This document shows positions 39,201 to 52,200 of a stretch of 64,000 nucleotides of DNA, piece by piece. Where the stretch lies: positions 38,068,001-38,132,000 of the forward strand of contig NC_086383.1 of assembly GCF_036588685.1 (NCBI RefSeq). Direction: 5' to 3'. The notes beneath the pieces are model-generated. The model did no database searches and was not told the DNA's origin. It was given only the letters and a program-made list of their open reading frames with translations. Both the position numbers and the translations under genes were made by a program. Position 1 is the stretch's first letter. Each line of letters begins with the position of its first letter. The stretch is from Mytilus trossulus (Eukaryota).

Positions 39201-40339
39201 AAAACTTATTTTTTTCAGTAGTCCTTTTGGGTCTCATTGAGGGAACCAGTTCTAACCCTTGATCCCACTTACTGTTTTGACAGATTCCCCTTTCCTGCTT
39301 ACACCATGTACTTAAAACAATTCTCATTTTTTGTCATTTCCCCGGGTCCCGCTAGACTCCATTTCCTGTTTAAACGGCATAATAATTCGGCTTTTACGTG
39401 TCACACTTACAAAAAATCAGCAATGCTGTGTCACGCTTCGACCCCAATGAGACCCACGTTGAAGACTTTGACTAACCCTACCATGGTTTTTCTTTAACAA
39501 ATTGTGACTAAGAGAGTTGTCTCATTGGCACTCAAACCACATCTTATATCTGTATAAATATAGGGGATCTCCATGACCTGTTTTACGATGGCGCACCACC
39601 ATTGTTAAGATATCATCTACCACCGTCCAACATGTCCAATGATCACCGCCATCATTAAATTATCATCCGCCATTCTCAAACAATGTAAAAAAAACTGCTG
39701 TTGTACATTTATAAAAAAATGTTTTTGTTTCTTTAGCGACCCCCATTTTCGCGGTTAGCAACCATAATCAATTTACCCTTAAGCTTTTTGTATTACAATC
39801 CAAAGGGTCCTCCTGATTACAAATTTCATGCCCTAAGGGAAATCCGGCTAAAATTACTAATCACTTTAACACTTGATTGCATTATCATGATTATTAGGTA
39901 ACGTCTGCAAATGCTAACGAAAATTTTAAATAAATAGATAAAGGTTGGATCCAGTATTTTAACAGAGAAAAAAGTGTTACAAGTGGAACACATGATTGCT
40001 TGCACAATCAGCATCTCCCTTTTTTAAACGAGTACAAAATAAGACGTTAAACTAAAGCATATTAGTACAGCAATTATTGATGCATGTAATATTTGATCAC
40101 TCTTCAAGTTTAAAAATAAATACATCATCACTCACAAAACATGAATATTAACTGCAACTTGAAAACTAAAAAAAAATAGTATCATAAATTATACTATTCG
40201 AAGTTCATTTTGTAGTTTGCAATGCAATTGATACATCTGGCTTCAGTTTTTCATTCAAAATTGAAAGATGAATGTTGCATAGTATATTACTATGAAATTA
40301 GCTATGTAAGTCATTTAAACCATGTTCGAATGATGTTTC

Positions 40340-41260
40340 AATATAGGGGCAGTTACCTAACAACGAGTTGTCCAATTCATCTGAAAAATCATGATCAGGG
40401 CAGATAGATCGTGACCAGATAAACAATTTTACCCTTTGTCAGATTTGCTGTAAATGCTTTGGTTTTTGAGTTATACGCCAAAAACTGCATTTTTACCCCT
40501 ATGTTCGATTTTTAGCCATAGCCGACATCTTGGTTGGTTTGCCTGGTCACAAAACACAATTTTTAAACTACATGTAGATAGCCTAATAATGATTCTGGCA
40601 ATGTTTGGTAAAATTTGGCCCATTAGTTTCAGAGGAGAAGATTTTTGTAAAAGTTAACTAAGATTTATGAAAAATGGTTCAAAATTGACTATAAAGGGCA
40701 ATAACTCCTAAAGGGGTCAACTGACCATTTTGGTCCTGTTGACTTATTTGTAAATCTTACTTTGCTGAACATTTTTGCTGTTTACAGTTTATCTCTATCT
40801 ACATCATTTTGTACATGTATAATAATATTCAAGATAATAACCAAAAACAGTAAAATTTCCTTAAAATTACTAATTTAGGGGCAGCAACCAACCCAACAAT
40901 GGGTTGTCTGATTCATCTAAAAATTTCAGGGCAGATAGATCTTGACCTGATAAACAATTTTACCCCGTCTGATTTGCTCTAAATGCTTTGGTTTTTGAGT
41001 TATGAGCCAAAACTGCATTTTACCCCTATGTTCTATTTTTAGCCATGGCGGCCATCTTGGTTGGTTGGCCGGGTCAAAAAACACATTTTTGTTTAACTAG
41101 ATACTTCAATGATGATTGTGGCTAAGTTTGGTTTAATTTGGCCCAGTAGTTTCAGAGGTGAAGATTTTTGTAAAAGTTAACGCCGGACATCGGACGACAG
41201 ACGACGGACGCCAAATGATGAGAAAAGCTCCCTTGGCCTTTTAGGCCAGGTGAGCTAAAA
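40340..41260 (-). mobile_element. Helentron-associated non-autonomous element (HINE/pearl-like)
   Basis: On the minus strand: TTTTTAGCTCACCTGGCC-TAAAA-GGCCAAGGGAGCT terminal hairpin, then (CGTC)n-like microsatellite and an internal direct duplication (~40340-40657 vs ~40876-41180). Confidence 0.8.
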
Positions 41261-43597
41261 ATGACAGTTAAGGAAAATAGTAGTTATTCTATAATGAAAT
41301 ACATATATATATAACATGTATAATAAGCAATGTATATATCAGTCTGTTCAGCATTCCTTACATGGAAATGAAGGAATGAAATATTTTCGATCATGCAACA
41401 GCGTAAAAGTTTTTTCATGGTGAAAGGTGGGTGAAAGTTGCTCCAACATTAAATTTTCATCTAAAAATGTATAGGAGTCCCTGGATATAAATTAAAAAAA
41501 ATAGTCAAAAGTTCTCAGAATATTGGCTTGTTTGCCCACTAAGCACCCTGTAGTTCCGTTTATAAAATCAAAGGCAATGCACTGGGTGTGGTGGTCTATA
41601 TATGATGTAGATGATATTTACCAGTACTGACATTCTCACTTACGGAATAAAATATTACTTATAACGATGAAACTTAAATTAAATTGACCGACCCATCTGC
41701 GGAGGAACTGATAATCTGAAACGAAGCATGCTAAGAAATTTGGTTTCTGTTGACATGTTTGATAAAAATCGACAAGAAATGAAAAAAAGTTAAGTTGGTA
41801 ACTGCTTTTAAAAGGGAAATGATGTGAAACTGGCTTGACAGGTACATTGTATGTCATGTATGTAATGTAAAATTGCTTTTTATTATGGTTATCAGTTTTT
41901 CAAAAGTCAATTAAACTACATATTTACAGGAAAAAAAGACAGTAATTGTTTTATTTCATTTTCTGGGAGAAATGTATGTATTGGCAAGTATTTACCAAAA
42001 CCATTTGAAAAACCGATTGTACATAGAATTTTTTTTTTAACAAAATTATGCACATAAAAGCTCCTGACGTTTTCCAAGGTGAATGTACTTTTTCCGCAGG
42101 TGAATATATGCTTATTTATTCAAAATCCCATTCATATACATGTAGAAAAACTTACTTAAATTTTATCAATATGGAATGAGAGTTTATATTTAGGATAGTA
42201 GGTACCATTTAGCATGATTAGCATGAATAGGGATTAATGAGAATTAGTTGGTAACCATTTTGGATTAACATGATTAATGAAAACTAACTATATATAGTAC
42301 TTATCCATTTAATGATAAGGGTTTAATAGAGCTTTTTTACAAATTGACGAAAGGTACGAATGAACGTAAATAAGGAAGCATGTATTTCATTTCCACAATA
42401 ACAGTTAAAAGACTCTTTGTTTATCCAGTAAAAAATCATTCTTTTCTAAATCAAGTTTATTTTTCAATAATAATATTGTAAATAATACACGATTTTAATA
42501 TAATCAAACAGAGAAAAATAGTGTCAAATACACTTACGTCCGATACGTTAATTTATACGTAAACAACGAGTACACATTTCCCTGGGAATTTTTAAGCACG
42601 ACTTTCACGATTCACATTTCAAAGGCGACATTATTGAAGAAGTTAAAGTCTTAATTTAACGACAAGTGACGACAAGCTTCAAATTTATTTTTATTTTTTA
42701 TAGTACACTTTCAGCAAATTGTCAAAGTGGAATATCAAGATTTACTAAAAAATGATGCTACAATGTTTTTAAAAAGTAATGTTGAATAAATCTAGAAAAA
42801 ACAGATTTTATACAACAGGAAAATAAATCTAAAATTTTGCACCGTATATATTGTGGATCTTATAATGACGATTTAACAGTACACATGTTTGGAAGATAGA
42901 CGCGAAGTTGTCACTTATCGTCCAGTGGCTAATATTTCATGAATGTTCAGGACTATAGACAAAACGCAATTATACTACGCTAAAATAACCGTTCCATTGC
43001 TCTGGTGTATCATATATACACATTAAGGGGGGCAACGAATATTACCAGGGGAGAGGCGCCTATGAATTTAAAGTTATTAAACGAGCACCAGTATATGACA
43101 TAGTACAAATGTAGTATAAAGATCATCTTTTTTCCTTCATTTTCATTTTATTTTTTTGAGCGTTGCAAATTTTGAATCAAGGAAGTATCTGTGTTTTAAT
43201 TTGTCTTACTTTGCTGTAAGGGAGGAAGACAATGTATTTGCTTTGACATTTTCTTAGGTTAAATAGTGCAACATTGTAATATTGAAGAGTGGGGAGGGCC
43301 GGTTTTTGGTCTTTTAGAGGCATTTTTTTCAGTCTGACTACTCTAGAATTAGGATTATTTTTTAATTGTTTAAGCCAATGCTTGCCTAGCTTTTTAAATA
43401 ATTCAAGTTTAACAGTTGAGAGTGGAGAAATATTGTAATACACTAGCTATAGTGGTGGAATTGTTTCTCTAATGATTTTTATCCTTTCTTTTCAAAGAAT
43501 TATTTGTTATAATCCTATGCCGAAGGACTTGTGGTTAGGCATGAAGACTGGTTACTAGAACATTATAGATCCTTGACCTACATAATTCGCCTTATTT

Positions 43598-43792
43598 CAA
43601 TAAAATTGCGAATGGAAATTGGGAATAGATCAAAGAGACAACAACCCGACCAAAGAGTGCTCAGTCAACAGCAGAAGGCCACCAAAGGGTCTTTAATGCT
43701 GTGAGAAAATTTGGCGCCCAGAGGTGGTCCTCAGCTGGCCCCTAAATCATGTAAATAAAAGTGTGTACTAGTTCATTGAAAATGGACATCAT
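43598..43792. repeat. second dispersed family (AATAAAATTGAGAATGGAAATGGGGAATGTGTCAAAGAGACAACAACCCGAC)
   Basis: Same terminus at ~18, ~10900, ~14306, ~21980 and inverted at ~27515. Confidence 0.7.
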
Positions 43793-44146
43793 TAGGTTAG
43801 GACATTTTAGATGGAGGGTTGGGATCCTGCAAACATGTTTAACCCCGCCACATTATTTATGTATGTGCCTGTCCCAAGTCAGGAGCCTGTAATTCAGTGG
43901 TTGTCTTTTGTTTATGTGTTGCATATTTGTTTTTCATTCATTTTTTACATAGATAAGGCTGTTAGTTTTCTTGTTTGAATTGTTTTACATTGTCTTATCA
44001 GGGCCTTTTACAGCTGACTATGCGGTATGGGCTTTGCTCATTGTTGAAGGCTGTATGGTGACCTATAGTTGTCAATGTCTGTGTCATTTTTGTCTTTTGT
44101 GTATAGTTGTCTCATTGGCAATCATACCACATCTTCTTTTTTATAT
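43793..44146 (+). repeat. dispersed repeat family copy
   Basis: High similarity to 1310-1684 and, inverted, to 45567-45903. Confidence 0.85.
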
Positions 44147-45566
44147 ATTTTTAAACATTTGCAAAGGACAGACAATTAAAAAAGTCTGTTAAGGCACAAA
44201 GAAGTTCTAAGAGTTCAAGAAAAGATAGGATGACATTTTTACTTGTATACATTTGTAAGTAAAAAAACATTGAAAACAAAGGAACATAACTAAGCCTATT
44301 TTTGTTTACCTATACAAGTCAATAGAATACACTTGTATATACATATGTGTACCCCACAAATTTACTTATATAAGTATATAATACTTACTTCTTCAAGTAA
44401 ATAAAAAATACTTGTACAAGAAGGTACCCTGACTGATATACAAAAAATGTACATGCCGTTAACATTGGTTAAGCTCAAAACATAAATTTTATATTTTAAA
44501 CAAAATATTTGTTGGTTTATTGTTTTGCTCTTGAAGCCATTTTGTGGTCATGTAAATGTATAGGACAACAGAGTTGGTGTATGTGGGTTCGATTCCCACC
44601 CTAGGCATTAATTCATATAGGCTGGTGCAAAGTGGGCAGTTGAGCTTAGTGGCCCTGCGCTGACTCTGTTGTTCCTATATCAAAATGTCAACTTGCCATG
44701 GGTGGGCTTGATTGCTTTCTATCTCCTTTTTTTCAAAGTCTTAAACAACCAAACCCTGCAGGTACATTGTATATATATTTTGAAATTTTTTACATTGTAT
44801 ATTGTGAAATTCGTGTTTTGGTTATTTAGATTATACTCTGGTTGCATTACCATCTTGACCATAAGGGTCCATTGAACAGCAAAAGGTTAATGATTAGCAA
44901 CAGACAGATTTTACTTTTTGCTCTGCTCTGCTCTGCTCTGCTGTGCTAATTATGATAAAATTATATTGGCTTTGGAATTTGAAAATTTCCTGAAATTAAC
45001 AGTTATTGGTTATACGGACTTCTTTTCAAATGCCTTCAGATATTCAGCTGATATTTGTATATATCAGTCTACTATGAGACGTTTAACAGATCAAGTAACT
45101 ATGTTTCATTGACATTCTATTCTGCTTTTTTTGTTAAAACTATGGATTTTTTACTTAAAGTTATGAAAATAAGATATTTCCAGAATTTCTTTCTATATAT
45201 ACAGCCCGTAACAGAGAAGTGATCGAATTGATGTTTCTTTACCGTCAAAATTAGCTACGTTATCGACAAACTTAATTGAGTAGTGACGGAACTATTGGTA
45301 GATTTGTACTTTAACGTTAAAAAGATTGACAATGCTGACAAACTTTCATGTGTCGATAATCAAGTTTAATACCGATAATATTGAAAATAATTCTAATAAT
45401 ATGAAACAAAATATGTCCATGCACCATTTCGATTGGGCGAAAAGTAGTCAATTTTCTTCAAAGTCAGAACAGAAAAAAAAGATTTATGGAAGGACGTCTT
45501 GAAAGTATTATTTCCTTTACAATTTTACCCAAAACTAAAAGAAATATACTGGTAAACAATTAAAAA

Positions 45567-45903
45567 TATAAAAAAGAAGATATGGTATGATTGCCAATGT
45601 GACAACTATCTACAAAAGACCAAAATGACACAAACATTAACAACTATAGGTCACTGTACGGCCTTCAACAATGAGCAAAGCCCATACCGCATAGTCAGCT
45701 ATAAAAGGCCCCTATAAGACAATGTAAAAGAATTCAAACGAGAAAACTAATGGCTTCATTTATGTAAAAAATGAACGAAAAACAAATATGTAACACATAA
45801 ACAAACGACAACCACTGAATAACAGGCTCCTAACTGTGGACAGGCACATACATAAATAATGTGGCGGGGTTAAACATGTAAGCGGGATCCCAACCCTCCC
45901 CCT
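45567..45903 (-). repeat. dispersed repeat family copy
   Basis: Inverse of 43810-44146. Confidence 0.85.
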
Positions 45904-46244
45904 AAAAAAGGTGTTTGATAGGAATGAAGTCCTTTATTTTTTCGGACTACAATGTGTATCATATGTGTGATGGATTTGAATTCAATCTATAACTTTGAAA
46001 TGTTTTCTCATATGTATACACAAAAGGGAGGACTGGTATTTGTACTTCTGTTAGAATATAAGTCTTCGTCCTTTTCCCCATGTTCACATTCCAAACTTTT
46101 TCTAGTACAGTTTAAACAGGAAAATTTTGTTGAGAATTTTTTTTAATACGACAAAATAACGAGCAAAACTATTTCTTGCAATGGCACACACAGAGAATAT
46201 TTTTTTTAGTAAAAATCAGTAAAAAAAAATTCTCCAAAATATAC

Positions 46245-49200
46245 TATGGCCAGGACAAATATAAATGAAGAATCATGAATTCTCAAATTTTCCACTAAAC
46301 AGCCCATCTGCCATTAAATGTTATGTAAGCTTGTGACTCAACTTGGTGTCTGTGGTAATCCATTACTTCTCCGATTCAGAACTACCAAAAAACTATTATG
46401 AGAAAATAAAAATCAGGATTCAAGATTTCTCCAAATTTCCACTAAACATATGTCCTCATTTAGTAGGACTCTATCATATGTGTGTCCCCACTTGATGGTA
46501 CTTAGACAATCATATGTGTGTCCCATATTGAATTTATTAGAAAATGTTGTGTTATCACCTTTCAGCTCACATGGCATAAAGGGTCATATGAGCTTGGCTG
46601 ATGTTCAACATTTCTTTTATTTCAGGAGCTTTAAAGATAAGTTATGTCTATTCATCTGTCCGTCCAAATACATTTTTAATATATCACATTATACTGTCAA
46701 TAACTAATCTTTTTGGTAGTGATGGTCTGATGATTCACAAAAGTGTCAAATTCTCCTGTCATTAGTGGAGAAGATAGCAGCATGATACCTTAACTTTTCT
46801 TTCCTCAAATAACCAGAAAAAACATATTGGCAATAAATATAAATGAAGAATCATGATTTCTCAAAATTTCCCCTTAACAGCTTATCTGACATTATATGTC
46901 ATGTGAGCTTGTGACTCAATTTGGTGTCTGTGGTAATCCATTACCTCTCCGATTCAGAATTACCAAACAACTATTATAAGAAAATAAAAATAAAGATTCA
47001 AGATTTCTTCAAATATCCACTAAACATGTCCTCATTTAGTAGGACTCTATCATGTGTGTCCCCACTTGATGGTACTTGGACAATCATATGTGTGTCCCAT
47101 ATTGAATTTGTTAGACAATGTTGTGTTATAACCTTTCAGCTCACCTGGCATAAAAGGTCATATGAGCTTGGCTGATGTTCAACATTTCTATTATTTTAGG
47201 AGCTTCTCTGATTTAGACACACTCAAAATACTATTATCAGCAGATATAAATATAGAATCAAGATTTCTCCACATTTCCTATAAACATGTCCTCATTTAGT
47301 AGGACTCTATCATGTGTGTCCCCACTTGATGATACTTGGACAATTATCTGTGTGTCCCACATTGAAATTGTTAGAAAATGTTTTGTTATCACCTTTCAGC
47401 TCACCTGACATAAAAGGTTATATGAGCTTGGCTGATGTTCAACATTTCTATTATTTTAGGAGCTTCTCTGATTTAGACACACTCAAAATACTATTATGAG
47501 CAGATATAAATATAGAATCAAGATTTCTCCACATTTTCTATAAACTTGTCCTCATTTAGTAGGACTCTATCATGTGTGTCCCCACTTGATGATACTTGGA
47601 CAATTATCTGTGTGTCCCACATTGAAATTGATAGACAATGTTGTGTTATCACCTTTCATCTCACCTGGCATAAAAGGTCATATGAGCTCGGCTGATGTTC
47701 AACATTTCTTTTATTTCAGGAGCTTCTCTGATTAAGACACACTCAAAATACTATTATCAGCAGATATAAATATAGAATCAAGATTTCTCCACATTTCCTA
47801 TAAACATGTCCTCATTTAGTAGGACTCTATCATGTGTGTCCCCACTTGATGATACTTGGACAATTATCTGTGTGTCCCACATTGAAATTGTTAGACAATG
47901 TTGTGTTATCACCTTTCATCTCACCTGGCATAAAAGGTCATATGAGCTCGGCTGATGTTCAACATTTCTTTTATTTCAGGAGCTTCTCTGATTTAGACAC
48001 ACTCAAAATACTATTATCAGCAGATATAAATATAGAATCAAGATTTCTCCACATTTCCTATAAACATGTCCTCATTTAGTAGGACTCTATCATGTGTGTC
48101 CCCACTTGATGATACTTGGACAATTATCTGTGTGTCCCACATTGAAATTGTTAGAAAATGTTGTGTTATCACCTTTCAGCTCACCTGACATAAAATGTCA
48201 AGTGAGCTTGTGCTGATGTTCAACATTTTTTTTCGTTTAAGGGGCTTTAAAGATTTACTAATGTCTGTTTATCTGTACCCCCCAATACATTTTCAATACT
48301 AGTATATCAATTGATGTTGTCAATCACAGATCTTGTTGGTAGTGAAGGTCTGATGATTGACAAAACTTTCAAATTCTTCATTCATTTTCTGATCTCAAAT
48401 AACCAGAAAAAAACATATTGGCAACACATATAAATTTCCACTAAACAGCTCACTTGGCATTAACAGTCATGTAAGCTTGTGACACAACTTGGTGTCTGTT
48501 GTAATTCATTACTTCTCCGATTCAGAATTACCAAAAAACTATTATCAGAAAAAAAAATGAAGATTCAAGATATATCCACATTTCCACTTAACATGTCCTC
48601 ATTCAGCAGGACTCTATCATGTGTGTCCCCACTTGATGGTACTTGGACAATCATATGTGTGTCCCATATTGAATTTGTAAGACAATGCTGTGTTATCAGC
48701 TTTCAGCTCACCTGGCATAAAGGGTCATATGAGCTTGGCTGAGGTTCAACATTTCTTTTATTTCAGGAGCTTTAAAGATAAGTTATGTCTATTCATCTGT
48801 CCGTCCAAATACATTTTTAATATATCACATTATACTGTCAATCACTAATCTTTTTGGTAGTGATGGTCTGATGATTCACAAAAGGGTCAAATTCTCCTGT
48901 CATTAGTGGAAAAGATAGCAGCATGATACCTTAACTTTTCTTTCCTCAAATAACCAGAAAAAACATATTGGCAATAAATATAAATGAAGAATCATGATTT
49001 CTCAAAATTTCCCCTTAACAGCTTATCTGACATTATATGTCATGTGAGCTTGTGACTCAATTTGGTGTCTGTGGTAATCCATTACCTCTCCGATTCAGAA
49101 TTACCAAACAACTATTATAAGAAAATAAAAATAAAGATTCAAGATTTCTTCAAATTTCCACTAAACATGTCCTCATTTAGTAGGACTCTATCATGTGTGT

Positions 49201-52200
49201 CCCCACTTGATGGTACTTGGACAATCATATGTGTGTCCCATATTGAATTTGTTAGACAATGTTGTGTTATGACCTTTCAGCTCACCTGGCATAAAAGGTC
49301 ATATGAGCTTGGCTGATGTTCAACATTTCTATTATTTTAGGAGCTTCTCTGATTTAGACACACTCAAAATACTATTATCAGCAGATATAAATATAGAATC
49401 AAGATTTCTCCACATTTCCTATAAACATGTTCTCATTTAGTAGGACTCTATCATGTGTGTCCCCACTTGATGATACTTGGACAATTATCTGTGTGTCCCA
49501 TATTGAAATTGTTAGAAAATGTTTTGTTATCACCTTTCAGCTCACCTGACATAAAAGGTCATATGAGCTTGGCTGATGTTCAACATTTCTATTATTTTAG
49601 GAGCTTCTCTGATTTAGACACACTCAAAATACTATTATGAGCAGATATAAATATAGAATCAAGATTTCTCCACATTTTCTATAAACTTGTCCTCATTTAG
49701 TAGGACTCTATCATGTGTGTCCCCACTTGATGATACTTGGACAATTATCTGTGTGTCCCACATTGAAATTGTTAGACAATGTTGTGTTATCACCTTTCAT
49801 CTCACCTGGCATAAAAGGTCATATGAGCTCGGCTGATGTTCAACATTTCTTTTATTTCAGGAGCTTCTCTGATTTAGACACACTCAAAATACTATTATCA
49901 GCAGATATAAATATAGAATCAAGATTTTTCCACATTTCCTATAAACATGTCCTCATTTAGTAGGACTCTATCATGTGTGTCCCCACTTGATGATACTTGG
50001 ACAATTATCTGTGTGTCCCACATTGAAATTGTTAGAAAATTTTTTGTTATCACCTTTCAGCTCACCTGACATAAAAGGTCATATGAGCTTGGCTGATGTT
50101 CAACATTTCTATTATTTTAGGAGCTTCTCTGATTTAGACACACTCAAAATACTATTATCAGCAGATATAATATAGAATCAAGATTTCTCCACATTTTCTA
50201 TAAACTTGTCCTCATTTAGTAGGACTCTATCATGTGTGTCCCCAGTTGATGATACTTGGACAATTATCTGTGTGTCCCACATTGAAATTGTTAGACAATG
50301 TTGTGTTATCACCTTTCATCTCACCTGGCATAAAAGGTCATATGAGCTCGGCTGATGTTCAACATTTCTTTTATTTCAGGAGCTTCTCTGATTTAGACAC
50401 ACTCAAAATACTATTATCAGCAGATATAAATATAGAATCAAGATTTTTCCACATTTCCTATAAACATGTCCTCATTTAGTAGGACTCTATCATGTGTGTC
50501 CCCACTTGATGATACTTGGACAATTATCTGTGTGTCCCACATTGAAATTGTTAGAAAATGTTGTGTTATCACCTTTCAGCTCACCTGACATAACAGGTCA
50601 TATGAGCTTGGCTGATGTTCAACATTTCTATTATTTTAGGAGCTTCTCTGATTTAGACACACTCAAAATACTATTATCAGCAGATATAAATATAGAATCA
50701 AGATTTTTCCACATTTCCTATAAACATGTCCTTATTTAGTAGGACTCTATCATGTGTTTCCCCACTTGATGATACTTGGACAATTATCTGTGTGTCCCAC
50801 ATTGAAATTGTTAGAAAATGTTTTGTTATCACCTTTCAGCTCACCTGACATAAAAGGTCATATGAGCTTGGCTGATGTTCAACATTTCTATTATTTTAGG
50901 AGCTTCTCTGATTTAGACACACTCAAAATACTATTATCAGCAGATATAAATATAGAATCAAGATTTCTCCACATTTTCTATAAACTTGTCCTCATTTAGT
51001 AGGACTCTATCATGTGTGTCCCCACTTGATGATACTTGGACAATTATCTGTGTGTCCCACATTGAAATTGTTAGACAATGTTGTGTTATCACCTTTCATC
51101 TCACCTGGCATAAAAGGTCATATGAGCTCGGCTGATGTTCAACATTTCTTTTATTTCAGGAGCTTCTCTGATTTAGACACACTCAAAATACTATTATCAG
51201 CAGATATAAATATAGAATCAAGATTTTTCCACATTTCCTATAAACATGTCCTCATTTAGTAGGACTCTATCATGTGTGTCCCCACTTGATGATACTTGGA
51301 CAATCATCTGTGTGTCCCACATTGAAATTGTTAGAAAATGTTTTGTTATCACCTTTCAGCGCACCTGACATAAAAGGTCATATGAGCTTGGCTGATGTTC
51401 AACATTTCTATTATTTTAGGAGCTTCTCTGATTTAGACACACTCAAAATACTATTATCAGCAGATATAAATATAGAATCAAGATTTCTCCACATTTTCTA
51501 TAAACTTGTCCTCATTTAGTAGGACTCTATCATGTGTGTCCCCACTTGATGATACTTGGACAATTATCTGTGTGTCCCACATTGAAATTGATAGACAATG
51601 TTGTGTTATCACCTTTCATCTCACCTGGCATAAAAGGTCATATGAGCTCGGCTGATGTTCAACATTTCAATTATTTCAGGAGCTTCTCTGATTTAGACAC
51701 ACTCAAAATACTATTATCAGCAGATATAAATATAGAATCAAGATTTTTCCACATTTCCTATAAACATGTCCTCATTTAGTAGGACTCTATCATGTGTGTC
51801 CCCACTTGATGATACTTGGACAATTATCTGTGTGTCCCACATTGAAATTGTTAGAAAATAATGTGTTTTCACCTTTCAGCTCACCTGACATAACAGGTCA
51901 TTTGAGCTTGGCTGATATTCAACATTTCTATTATTTTAGGAGCTTCTCTGATTTAGACACACTCAAAATACTATTATCAGCAGATATAAATATAGAATCA
52001 AGATTTCTCCACATTTCCTATAAACATGTCCTCATTTAGCAGGACTCTATCATGTGTGTCCCCACTTGATGATACTTGGACAATTATCTGTGTGTCCCAC
52101 ATTGAAATTGTTAGAAAATGTTGTGTTATCACCTTTCAGCTCACCTGACATAAAATGTCAAGTGAGCTTGTGCTGATGTTCAACATTTTTTTCGTTTAAG

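Noticed and set aside
44545-44610. GGGTTCGATTCCC B-box (also weaker ones near 643 and, reversed, near 392 and 23928)
   Set aside because: No cloverleaf; most likely decayed SINE heads.
46725-46760. CTGATGA followed by a small stem (CTGATGATTCACAAAAGTGTCAAA) in long linkers, resembling a hammerhead ribozyme core
   Set aside because: The required GAAA after stem II is absent (TCAAA), the closing pair is missing, and L2 copies lose the stem. An Infernal search with hammerhead models would settle it.
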